A stretch of DNA of 64,000 bases from Candidatus Omnitrophota bacterium (lineage in GTDB: Bacteria > Omnitrophota > Gorgyraeia > 2-01-FULL-45-10): positions 2,874 to 66,873 of the forward strand of contig JAUYOL010000004.1 in NCBI GenBank assembly GCA_030695905.1, read 5' to 3'. This document shows, piece by piece, positions 19,654 through 28,322 of the stretch (position 1 is the stretch's first letter; each line of letters starts with the position of its first letter). The notes below the pieces were generated by a model, which was not told the DNA's origin, did not search any database, and saw only the letters and a program-made list of their open reading frames with translations. The position numbers were made by a program, and so were the translations under genes.

Positions 19654-20453
19654 CGGTAAGAAGACAGAAAAAAAATAAGAAGATGCAGATGCCTAAGGCT
19701 ATAGAGGGCCTTAAAGAATATCTTATTAAGAAGGTGGGTATTATAATAGTCTCTGTGGTATCCGTAGCTTTAGTATGGGCCTTGACTACGGCATTTTTTG
19801 AGAAGAGCGACTATTTCAGGCTCAGAGCCGTTGAAACTAAGGGCGCCCAGGACGCAAGCCTTGCCGGTATAAGAAACGATATTTTGAAGCAATATAAGGA
19901 CAGGAACCTATTCAGGATAGATATAAAGGCCATCGCCAAAAGCATCGAACCGAAGTATCCCGACGCCAAAGAGATAGCGGTAAAGAGGGTATTGCCGGAT
20001 AAATTATTGCTGGATCTGAAATTTCGCAGGCCCGTCGCGCTTTTAGGTAACGGCCAGGTGTACCCTATAGACAGGGAAGGCGTGATACTTGTCAATATAA
20101 ACTCTATGAAATTAAAAGATTTTCCGATAATAAGAGGCATAGACCCACGGCTCGCCGGCAAGTCTTATAAGAAAAACGAGTCGAAGAATCTGGTAGTTGC
20201 GCTTAATCTTCTTGATGAGATAAGAAGGACCAGGTTTTTGGAAAAATATAATGTTCGCCTTGTTGACGCGGGCGATGTAAAGAGCCTTTCTTTTTATTTG
20301 GGGGATGGCGGCCCTGCCGTGATAATAGGGCATGAAGATTTTAGGGAGAGGCTGGCTGTATTAAAGGATACATTGCGCGATCCCAGGCTTGTGTTAGAAA
20401 AGATAAATTATATCGACGTAAGATTTAATAATGTTGCTATAAGTCCAAAATGA
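19650..20453 (+). CDS. ftsQ: Cell division protein FtsQ/DivIB
   Basis: Basic N-terminus, single TM, POTRA-like segment (NLF.ID...VKRVLPD.L) and C-terminal YIDVRF, between ddl and ftsA. Confidence 0.85.
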   Translation: MTVRRQKKNKKMQMPKAIEGLKEYLIKKVGIIIVSVVSVALVWALTTAFFEKSDYFRLRAVETKGAQDASLAGIRNDILKQYKDRNLFRIDIKAIAKSIEPKYPDAKEIAVKRVLPDKLLLDLKFRRPVALLGNGQVYPIDREGVILVNINSMKLKDFPIIRGIDPRLAGKSYKKNESKNLVVALNLLDEIRRTRFLEKYNVRLVDAGDVKSLSFYLGDGGPAVIIGHEDFRERLAVLKDTLRDPRLVLEKINYIDVRFNNVAISPK

Positions 20454-21520
20454 GCAAATCTACTATAATAACCGGTTTGGATATAAGTTCATCAAAAGTT
20501 TCCACGTTGGCTATGGAAATTTTTGGCGATGGCCATTCCGCGGTTCTTGCTTATGAAAGCCAGCCGTCAAAAGGCGTTTCCAGGGGGGGATTTTCCGATA
20601 TAGCCCAGGCGTCAAATTCGGTTGCAAAGGTTTTGACGAGACTGTGCGAGAAGATAGGTAGGCCCCCCGATAATATATATGCTAACGTAAGCGGCGACTC
20701 AATAAGAGCCGAGAGGTCGAAGGGGATGGTGCCTATCTCTTCGAGAGGCCGAGAGATTACGCAGTCCGACATCTCGCGCTGTATAGACGCGGCCAGCACG
20801 ATAAGGCTTACGTTCGACAGAGAGATCATACATAAGATAGTCCTGAACTTCTCGATAGACGATCAGTCGAGCATAAAGAACGCATTGGGCCTTTACGCGT
20901 CACGCTTGTACTGTGAAGTGTATATGGTAACGGCCAATCTTAACCATATTCAGAATATGTATAAGTGTGTGAATGACGCGGGGTATGATTTAAAAGAGGT
21001 TGTATATTCCGGTGTTGCGGATGGTGCCAGTCTTCTGGAGGATCCATGGAAAGACGAGGGGGTGGCTCTTGTGAATATAGGCGCATCCATTACCGAGCTT
21101 TCGATATTTTCAGGCGGAGCGCTGACATTTCTCGACGTACTTTGCTCAGGTGCCAATGATATAAAAGGACCATTAAAAGATAGTGTTGAATTTAGCAGCA
21201 TAACATCACGCCTTAAATCCGATATAGAAGAATTCTCAAAAAAAGGCAGCGGGATAAAATCGGTCGTTATTGCCGGCGGCCTTGCGCTTTCGGAAGGTAC
21301 CGCCGAATGTCTGGAAGAGAGGCTCGGTTATCATGTAAGAATGGGCACCGTAAAGAATGTCCATGGAAACATTTCCAGCACAGACAGCCTGCGGGCTGCT
21401 ACAGCGATAGGCTTAGCCAGATACGCACTTGGTCAATATCAGCCCAGGGCGATGCAGGCGAGAAATTTTGTCCAGAACATATCTAACAGAGTGGTAGAGA
21501 TATTCAATAATTATTTCTAA
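20450..21520 (+). CDS. ftsA: Divergent, internally shortened FtsA
   Basis: GLDISSSKV, S.GV..G, 1C/SHS2 region (EIT..DI, REIIH, F.ID), VNIGASIT, VVIAGG, ATAIGL and a C-terminal amphipathic helix. Only 356 aa. Confidence 0.85.
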   Translation: MSKSTIITGLDISSSKVSTLAMEIFGDGHSAVLAYESQPSKGVSRGGFSDIAQASNSVAKVLTRLCEKIGRPPDNIYANVSGDSIRAERSKGMVPISSRGREITQSDISRCIDAASTIRLTFDREIIHKIVLNFSIDDQSSIKNALGLYASRLYCEVYMVTANLNHIQNMYKCVNDAGYDLKEVVYSGVADGASLLEDPWKDEGVALVNIGASITELSIFSGGALTFLDVLCSGANDIKGPLKDSVEFSSITSRLKSDIEEFSKKGSGIKSVVIAGGLALSEGTAECLEERLGYHVRMGTVKNVHGNISSTDSLRAATAIGLARYALGQYQPRAMQARNFVQNISNRVVEIFNNYF

Positions 21521-21537
21521 AATTAGGAGAGCTTAAG

Positions 21538-21981
21538 ATGCTTTACACCGGCGAGAAAAGGCATTTTATAAGGCATCCTATCTGTTATCCGCTTGAATTT
21601 GAACACGCCCCGAAGAAAATCTCGGAAAAGACCAAGACCCTCAATGTAAGCGAAGGCGGCCTGATGTTTTTATCCAAATACGCGCTTAAGCGCGGTGAAT
21701 TGATAATATTAAAGATGCCTATGCAGAATAAGATGTTCAAAGTCAAGGGCAAGGTCATGCATATAACCAAAGACAGGGATAATCCCAGCTTTTTTAATGT
21801 AGGAGTGTCATTTTATCGCTATTCTGACGCTTTTAAAGTAAAGCTTATAGAACAGTTATATCTGATAGATGAATACAGGATACTGCGATCTCTTCAGCTG
21901 GGCTATGAGATTTCGATGCATAAGGCATCGGAGGAATGGGTCAAACGATATTCCAAAAGATTTGCGCGGTTATATTGGTAG
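21538..21981 (+). CDS. PilZ-domain protein (putative c-di-GMP receptor)
   Basis: RHFIR (RxxxR) and NVSEGG ((D/N)xSxxG), plus a helical C-terminal extension. AGGAG RBS. Confidence 0.85.
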   Translation: MLYTGEKRHFIRHPICYPLEFEHAPKKISEKTKTLNVSEGGLMFLSKYALKRGELIILKMPMQNKMFKVKGKVMHITKDRDNPSFFNVGVSFYRYSDAFKVKLIEQLYLIDEYRILRSLQLGYEISMHKASEEWVKRYSKRFARLYW

Positions 21982-22001
21982 TCTAATTATGAGGCAGCCA
22001 A

Positions 22002-22826
22002 ATGAAATATTTTGCGGTAGATAAATTTAAATGCGTCAGGTGCGGCGCATGCATAGCAGTTTGCCCGATAAAGATCTTAAAGATAGATGAAGCAAGCCGC
22101 CTTCCCGCTATGGTTAACAGGGGAGATAAGATATGCATAAAGTGCGGACACTGCATTACGGTATGTCCGCATAGAGCTATCTCTATGCAGCATATGCGCG
22201 CGGAGAGCCACCACCCGTTAAGACATGATTGGCGCATAACACCGGAAAAAGTGGAGCAACTATTAAAAGGGCGAAGAAGTATTCGTAACTATAAAAATGA
22301 GGCGGTGGACAGGGAAAAACTGAAAAAAGTTATCGATATAGCGCGATACGCGCCATCGGGGATAAATAGACAGCCGGTAAGATGGGGAATAATATACTAT
22401 AAAGAAAGGGTAAGACGACTTTCGGAAGTAGTTATAAAGTGGATGCGCTTCCAAATGTCGATAGATTCGCCGCTTGCAAAGTCCATGCGCATGAAGCGTA
22501 TAGTAGCCGCATGGGAGAATCATAATGACTGGATATGTCGCGGCGCTCCCCATGTCGTCATAGCTTACGCGCCAAAAAATGATTTAAGCGCCGCTCAAGA
22601 TACTACCGTTGCCCTCACATATTTTGAAATTGCCGCGGCGTCGATACACCTGGGCACTTGTTGGGCGGGATATCTGGCCATTGCGATAAATATGAGCCCT
22701 GAAGTGCGCAGATTTGTATTCTTGTCGAGCAGAATGGCATGTTTTGGCGCTATGATGGTGGGTTATCCCAGATTCAGTTATCATCGAATCCCGATCCGCA
22801 ATAAGCCGCATATTATATGGCGGTAA
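22002..22826 (+). CDS. Nitroreductase family protein with N-terminal 2x[4Fe-4S] ferredoxin domain
   Basis: CVRCGACIAVCP, CIKCGHCITVCP, RRSIRNY, APSGINRQP, LGTCW. Confidence 0.92.
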   Translation: MKYFAVDKFKCVRCGACIAVCPIKILKIDEASRLPAMVNRGDKICIKCGHCITVCPHRAISMQHMRAESHHPLRHDWRITPEKVEQLLKGRRSIRNYKNEAVDREKLKKVIDIARYAPSGINRQPVRWGIIYYKERVRRLSEVVIKWMRFQMSIDSPLAKSMRMKRIVAAWENHNDWICRGAPHVVIAYAPKNDLSAAQDTTVALTYFEIAAASIHLGTCWAGYLAIAINMSPEVRRFVFLSSRMACFGAMMVGYPRFSYHRIPIRNKPHIIWR

Positions 22827-22843
22827 ATAGGAGATAGAATAAT

Positions 22844-23629
22844 ATGCCATTTATGCAGTCCGTATTATTTACGATACCAACGCCTGTATTGTGTCTTTTA
22901 ATTGTCGGAGGGTCTGTGGCTATATCTGTGGGCGCGTTGCTCGTAGTCCGATCATTTGTTCCTCACCACAGGTTGAAACAACATAATGACGTAACAGGCT
23001 CTGTATTTGCTACCGTCGGGGTACTTTACGCGGTATTACTTGCATTTGTTGTAATCGCGGTGTGGCAGGACTTTGATAAGGCTATCATTAATGTGCAAAG
23101 AGAGGCAAACTGTCTTGTGGATCTTTATAGGGATGCCGAAGCTTTTTCGCCCGATTTTAGAAGCCAGGTGCGGGGACTGTTAAAGGACTATGCGAATGCT
23201 GTTACTGGTGAAGAGTGGAAGTCTATGGAAAGAGGCCAGCCCAGCATGCGCGTTACGGAGATAGTGAAGAATGTGTGGCTTTTATATAGCTCTTATATGC
23301 CTAAGAATATTACCGAACAAACCTTTTTTGAAGAATCCGTACGCAAATTAAATGAATTAGGCGAATCGCGCCGGATGCGAATTATGTCTTCGCGTAGCGG
23401 TGTTCATCCCGTACTGTGGTTTGTGCTGGCGGTAGGCGGGATAGTTACCATGATCTTCATATCTTTTTTCGGCGCGGAAAACCTAAGAGCGCAAATTATT
23501 ATGGCGTTTCTTCTCGCCATGCTGGTGGGCCTTATACTATTTACGATCGCCGTTATGGATTATCCTTTTACCGGCGGCGTATCTGTATCTTCAGAAGTAT
23601 TTAAGTCAATGGCGCCATGCGTGGAATAG
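22844..23629 (+). CDS. Integral membrane protein, DUF4239/bestrophin-like
   Basis: GVLYAVLLAFVV..VW, EA..L, EEW..M, MDYPFTG; about four TM segments. Confidence 0.75.
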   Translation: MPFMQSVLFTIPTPVLCLLIVGGSVAISVGALLVVRSFVPHHRLKQHNDVTGSVFATVGVLYAVLLAFVVIAVWQDFDKAIINVQREANCLVDLYRDAEAFSPDFRSQVRGLLKDYANAVTGEEWKSMERGQPSMRVTEIVKNVWLLYSSYMPKNITEQTFFEESVRKLNELGESRRMRIMSSRSGVHPVLWFVLAVGGIVTMIFISFFGAENLRAQIIMAFLLAMLVGLILFTIAVMDYPFTGGVSVSSEVFKSMAPCVE

Positions 23630-24138
23630 TTGTTTTGGCGCTGATATATTTACTCAACCCCGTATTTGCGGATGCCGCAACCGATAAGGAGACAGATATG
23701 AAACTTACCAGTCCGGCGTTTGAAGACAATTCGAATGTGCCATCCAAATTCACCTGTGAGGGGCAGGATGTAAACCCTTCTCTTGTTATCGAAAATATTC
23801 CGTCCGGGACAAAAAGCCTGGCATTAATAGTGGACGATCCTGACGCGCCGATGAAGACATGGGTTCATTGGGTAGTGTATGATATAGCTCCTGTAAATAA
23901 GATAGATGAGAATAGCGTACCCGGCAAACAGGGGGTCAATGATTTTGACAGGATGGATTGGGGAGGGCCATGTCCTCCGTCGGGAACACACCGGTACTAT
24001 TTCAAGCTATATGCGCTGGACAAGATCCTGGGCCTTAAAGAGGGTGTTGGTAAAGCAACTTTAGAAAAATCCATGGAAGGGCATATAATTGCCAGAGCCC
24101 AACTGGTCGGATTATATAAACTTGGCCCCAAAAAATAG
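23617..24138 (+). CDS. YbhB/YbcL family PEBP (Raf kinase inhibitor-like) protein
   Basis: LTSPAF, DDPDAP, WVHWV, GPCPPSGTHRYYF. Alternative start at ATG 23698 with an AGGAG RBS. Confidence 0.93.
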   Translation: MRGIVVLALIYLLNPVFADAATDKETDMKLTSPAFEDNSNVPSKFTCEGQDVNPSLVIENIPSGTKSLALIVDDPDAPMKTWVHWVVYDIAPVNKIDENSVPGKQGVNDFDRMDWGGPCPPSGTHRYYFKLYALDKILGLKEGVGKATLEKSMEGHIIARAQLVGLYKLGPKK

Positions 24139-24165
24139 TTTTAAATAAAATTTTAGGAGGCACTA

Positions 24166-24528
24166 ATGTCTAAGCATAGGATTATGGCCGTAATTATTAT
24201 CCTTTTTTTGGCAGCGCTATTTTCTGTAGTGCCATCTTACTCTCAAGATGACAATCCCCCTATATGGGATAGGCGCGGCAGTGATCCTATAGTTAGGACG
24301 ATCGATGGCAAGGTAATATCGGTTGACCCGCAGGATTCGACGATTACGGTGAAGATGGTGGAGGCGCTCGTAATTTCTGTTCCATCTTCAGCCAGCGTTA
24401 CTAATAAAGATGGTTTTAGCATACAGTTGTCGCAGATAAATCCCGGCAATTATGTTATGGTGGAATATTATGACGACAAGTCAGGCAAGCATATAGCCAG
24501 GGGAATTAATGTCGAATACGGCGATTAG
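24166..24528 (+). CDS. Exported beta-rich hypothetical protein (OB-fold/DUF5666-like)
   Basis: AGGAGG RBS, signal peptide, G.VISVD....ITV...L..I.PG..V.VEY pattern. Confidence 0.6.
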   Translation: MSKHRIMAVIIILFLAALFSVVPSYSQDDNPPIWDRRGSDPIVRTIDGKVISVDPQDSTITVKMVEALVISVPSSASVTNKDGFSIQLSQINPGNYVMVEYYDDKSGKHIARGINVEYGD

Positions 24529-25327
24529 GCTGATAATAACCGCAGCACTTATTCTGGCCACATCTATTTTCACGCGACCTGCTTTTTCTCAGGAAGAAAC
24601 CGAATATAAAAAATTCAAACTCGAGGACGCTTCTTGCGACGTAGGTGTGCGTTATAAGAATACTCCGCAAGGCCTGATCGTCGGTATCTGCGCCATCGCG
24701 ACCGGCAAGGGGGCAGAATTCCGAAAATGGAGCGTATCCGAAATAAAAATTCGCGTAGGCGATAAAAGATTAAGGCCGGACAAGGACGGCAAGTCCTATG
24801 TTACTGAAGAATCGCTTTTCAGAGTGCCTGGAGCTGTTATATTCGCCGCGATAGGCGCGTTTGGGGAATATGGCGGAAGTAATTTTAATAATAATTTTTC
24901 AAAAGTGGGAATGGCGCTCGGCTTGGGCCTTATAGCCTTACAGGCAAAAGGCGAGATAACGGGTGAACGCTGTGTATTTTATATACCCAAAGAAGTTGCC
25001 GAAAAGATAGAGGAAGGCAAAGATAATATTGAAATTGTCGTAGAGAATGAGGGCCTGCATATTAAAGAAAATATAAAGATAGGGCTTGTTATACCTACAG
25101 GCGATACTGTGAAGAAATATAATTTTGACAATATGAATGAAGACGAGTTATCAAATAGGATGGACATAATCAGATCCGAGATAGTTTCGCTTGAAGAGCG
25201 GCAATCGTCATATAAATATGGCCAAGATCCGCAATACGACGCTATTCAAAAGAAGATAGAGGGTCTTGAAACAGAGCGTGGTCTCGCCTACAACGCATGG
25301 TTCGAAAAAAGGCATGGACGAGATTAG
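24509..25327 (+). CDS. Exported/membrane hypothetical protein
   Basis: Signal peptide, internal Gly-rich hydrophobic hairpin, C-terminal coiled coil. Confidence 0.65.
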   Translation: MSNTAIRLIITAALILATSIFTRPAFSQEETEYKKFKLEDASCDVGVRYKNTPQGLIVGICAIATGKGAEFRKWSVSEIKIRVGDKRLRPDKDGKSYVTEESLFRVPGAVIFAAIGAFGEYGGSNFNNNFSKVGMALGLGLIALQAKGEITGERCVFYIPKEVAEKIEEGKDNIEIVVENEGLHIKENIKIGLVIPTGDTVKKYNFDNMNEDELSNRMDIIRSEIVSLEERQSSYKYGQDPQYDAIQKKIEGLETERGLAYNAWFEKRHGRD

Positions 25328-25583
25328 TTACAGCAAAAAACAGGACGCATATTTTCTTGAGCATGAAGCGCTGTGCAAGCGATGCGGAAGGTGTTGCGGC
25401 GCCGATACGGCAGAACCTTGCTCAAACCTCGTCAAAGATCCAAGCGGTAAATTCTATTGCAAATCCTACGAAAATAGACTAGGGCTTCAGCGCACAATCT
25501 CCGGCCGCACCTTCACATGTGTCGATATAAGAGATGTCCTCGCCAAAGGCCTTCCATACGAAGGCTGCGGCTACGCTGCCTGA
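25314..25583 (+). CDS. Small CxxCxxCC cysteine-cluster protein (YkgJ/YcgN-like)
   Basis: CKRCGRCC, PCSNL, CKSYENR, terminal GCGY. ATG 25314 preferred. Confidence 0.7.
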   Translation: MDEISYSKKQDAYFLEHEALCKRCGRCCGADTAEPCSNLVKDPSGKFYCKSYENRLGLQRTISGRTFTCVDIRDVLAKGLPYEGCGYAA

Positions 25584-25605
25584 AAATTTGACATCCCACT
25601 TCTGC

Positions 25606-25634
25606 TTGACTTTTGACGGCATTTGTGATATCTT
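25606..25634 (+). promoter_or_regulatory. Putative sigma70 promoter for the yggS operon
   Basis: TTGACT-17 bp-TATCTT with a TG extension. Confidence 0.45.
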
Positions 25635-25653
25635 ATCCCGTCATTAAAACCTT

Positions 25654-26325
25654 ATGATAGCCGATAACTTAAGAGACGTAACGCTAAGAATATCAAGGTG
25701 TTGCGAGAAGTCTGGCAGGTTCGCATCGAGCGTTAAGCTGGTATGCGTTTCCAAGCAGGCATCCATAGACCAGATGAGAGAAGTTATGGGCCTTAATCGT
25801 AGGGATTTTGGCGAGAATAGACTCCAGGATGCCATTGTTAAGTATAAGTCTATAGGTGATAGGGCGATATGGCATCTGATAGGGCACCTGCAGACGAACA
25901 AAGTTAAAGATGCTGTAAAAATATTCTCGCTTATACATTCCGTAGATAGCGTCCGCCTGGCTAAAGAGATATCCAAAGAGGCGAATAAGATAGATAAAAT
26001 ACAAGATATACTCATCCAGGTCAATACATCGGGGGAGATGAGTAAATTCGGCATTGCTCCGGGGGAAGTTTTAAGTTTAGTTAGGGAAATTAGTTTATAT
26101 CCTAATATTAATATATTAGGCCTTATGACTATAGCCCCTGAAGTGGATGATCCCGAGAAGGTTAGGCCATATTTCAGGAGATTAAGACAGCTTAGTGATG
26201 AAATAGCGGGCTTACAGCTTACAGCTTATAGCCTACAGCTTTCGATGGGCATGACAAACGATTTTGAAGTTGCCATAGAAGAGGGCGCGACGATGGTGCG
26301 AATAGGGAGGGCGATATTCAAATGA
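25654..26325 (+). CDS. yggS: PLP homeostasis protein YggS
   Basis: VCVSK, FGENR, WHLIGHLQTNK, IHSVDS, GLMT, LSMGMTNDF, VRIGRAIF. Confidence 0.96.
   Translation: MIADNLRDVTLRISRCCEKSGRFASSVKLVCVSKQASIDQMREVMGLNRRDFGENRLQDAIVKYKSIGDRAIWHLIGHLQTNKVKDAVKIFSLIHSVDSVRLAKEISKEANKIDKIQDILIQVNTSGEMSKFGIAPGEVLSLVREISLYPNINILGLMTIAPEVDDPEKVRPYFRRLRQLSDEIAGLQLTAYSLQLSMGMTNDFEVAIEEGATMVRIGRAIFK
26210..26241 (+). repeat. Degenerate heptamer tandem repeat inside yggS
   Basis: GCTTACA GCTTACA GCTTATA GCCTACA GCTT. Confidence 0.8.
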
Positions 26326-27137
26326 TGAATAAAAAGATAGGGATTATCGGCTGCGGCAATATGGGCGAAGCGATCCTTGGCAGACTCGTTAACGTAATGG
26401 AGAAGAGCACCTCTATTATGGTCAGCGAGTTCGACGCCAAGAGAAGAGATTATCTTCAGGGTAAATATAAGATGATAATCGAAATAGATAACAACGAAAT
26501 CGTTAAATTCTCCGACGTTATTATACTCGCGGTGAAGCCTAAAGATATCGATGGCTTATTGAAGCAGGAAGTATGCTGCGGCGTTTCAAAAAATAAGCTT
26601 ATAATCTCAATAGCGGCCGGAATTACAATAAAACATATCGAAGATATGGTAGGAAAAGATGTGCCGGTTATAAGGGCTATGCCTAACCTGGGCGCTATAA
26701 TCGGCCATGCAGTGACAAGCTTGAGCGCGGGAGAGTCGGTGAACAAAGAAGATATCGAGCTTGCCAAAAATATATTTTCTCTTATAGGAGACGTTGTAGA
26801 GGTTGATGAGAAATTAGTGGATGCCGTTACGGCAGTAAGCGGGAGCGGGCCGGCATATTTCTTCTATTTTGTGGAATCGCTTTATGAAGTGGCACAAGAG
26901 CTAAAACTGCCGCCTGGAATAGCGAAGGCGCTTGTTATTAAGACGGCCCTTGGAAGCATAAAATTGCTTGACGAACTTAAAGAAGACCCCGCGGCCTTAA
27001 GGAAAAAGGTTACATCAAAGGGCGGGACGACAGAAGCGGCATTCAAGGTGCTGGAGTATAAAAAAGTAAAAAATATAATCAAGGACGCGGTAAAGGAAGC
27101 CTGCAAGCGTTCGAAAGAAATATCTAAGGGGAAATAA
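26322..27137 (+). CDS. proC: Pyrroline-5-carboxylate reductase
   Basis: IGCGNMG, LAVKP, SIAAG, RAMPN, SGSGPAY, VTSKGGTT. Confidence 0.97.
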   Translation: MMNKKIGIIGCGNMGEAILGRLVNVMEKSTSIMVSEFDAKRRDYLQGKYKMIIEIDNNEIVKFSDVIILAVKPKDIDGLLKQEVCCGVSKNKLIISIAAGITIKHIEDMVGKDVPVIRAMPNLGAIIGHAVTSLSAGESVNKEDIELAKNIFSLIGDVVEVDEKLVDAVTAVSGSGPAYFFYFVESLYEVAQELKLPPGIAKALVIKTALGSIKLLDELKEDPAALRKKVTSKGGTTEAAFKVLEYKKVKNIIKDAVKEACKRSKEISKGK

Positions 27138-27141
27138 CCAT

Positions 27142-27441
27142 ATGTTCGTAGCGGGTAATTTTGTAGTGGCGATCGCCACAATATTGGATTACATCCTGAC
27201 AATAGCGAATTGGTTGATAATAATAAGGGCTCTTATAAGCTGGGTCAATCCGGATCCATACAATGTGATAGTGCGGTTTTTATACAAGACGACGGAGCCT
27301 TTGCTGGCTCCTTTTAGAAGATTTCTGCCGGCATATTCTATAGGTATAGATCTATCGCCCATATTTGCGCTCTTGGTAATATGGTTCCTGAAATTATTTT
27401 TGGTAAGAACTCTATACGGTTTCGCTATGAGATTGGGATAG
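27142..27441 (+). CDS. yggT: YggT family membrane protein
   Basis: IIRALISWVNPDPYN, TEPLLAPFRR, IDLSP. Confidence 0.93.
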   Translation: MFVAGNFVVAIATILDYILTIANWLIIIRALISWVNPDPYNVIVRFLYKTTEPLLAPFRRFLPAYSIGIDLSPIFALLVIWFLKLFLVRTLYGFAMRLG

Positions 27442-27451
27442 GAAGGATTTT

Positions 27452-28321
27452 ATGGCTGGAAAGATTGGTATCATAGGCGGAAGCGGTTTTTATCACATAG
27501 ACGGCATAAAAGATATTAAAGAGGTGAAGGTAAAGACGCCTTTTGGGGATCCGTCCAGTGAATTTATAACCGGTGGTCTGGAAGGTAAAGAAGTCGTATT
27601 TTTGGCAAGACACGATAAGGGCCACAGGATCCTTCCGAGCGAAATAAATTACCGTGCCAATATATACGGGATGAAGAAGCTCGGCGTTGAGAGGATAATA
27701 TCCGTGTCCGCATGCGGAAGCCTTAAAGAGGAGTTGAAGCCACTCGACATAGTGATACCTATGCAATTCGTAGATAGGACAAATTACGGCCGACAGATGA
27801 CGTTTTTCGGCAGCGGTATAGTGGCGCATATACAGTTTGCCGAGCCTATATGCCCGCATCTATCCAAGGCGCTGTACGAGGCGGGAATGGCCCTGGGAGC
27901 CAATATGCATCTGGGCGGCACATATTTAAACATGGAGGGGCCGCAATTTTCCACAAAGGCGGAATCTTATCTCTACAGGTCATGGGGGATGGATATAATC
28001 GGTATGACAAATTTAGCGGAAGCTAAGCTTGCCAGGGAAGCCGAAATTTGTTACTCGACACTCGCTTGCATTACGGATTACGATTGCTGGCACATGGATC
28101 AATCCGTAGAGTCAGTATCTATAGAGATGATAGTGCAGAATCTTTGCAAAAATGTGGATAAGTCAAAAGGCATAATCAAGACGGTATTGAAGAAATTGGG
28201 CAACGAACGAACCTGTGTATGCGCGTCAGCGCTTAAGGATTCTATCGTAACGAGGCCTGAATCTATACCTCAAAAAACGAAGAAGGATTTGGATCTGATA
28301 ATTGGAAAATATATTAAATAA
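27452..28321 (+). CDS. mtnP: S-methyl-5'-thioadenosine phosphorylase
   Basis: IGIIGGSG, TPFG.PS, FLARH, NYRANI, EGPQFSTKAES, GMT, TDYDCW. Confidence 0.93.
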   Translation: MAGKIGIIGGSGFYHIDGIKDIKEVKVKTPFGDPSSEFITGGLEGKEVVFLARHDKGHRILPSEINYRANIYGMKKLGVERIISVSACGSLKEELKPLDIVIPMQFVDRTNYGRQMTFFGSGIVAHIQFAEPICPHLSKALYEAGMALGANMHLGGTYLNMEGPQFSTKAESYLYRSWGMDIIGMTNLAEAKLAREAEICYSTLACITDYDCWHMDQSVESVSIEMIVQNLCKNVDKSKGIIKTVLKKLGNERTCVCASALKDSIVTRPESIPQKTKKDLDLIIGKYIK

Positions 28322-28322
28322 G

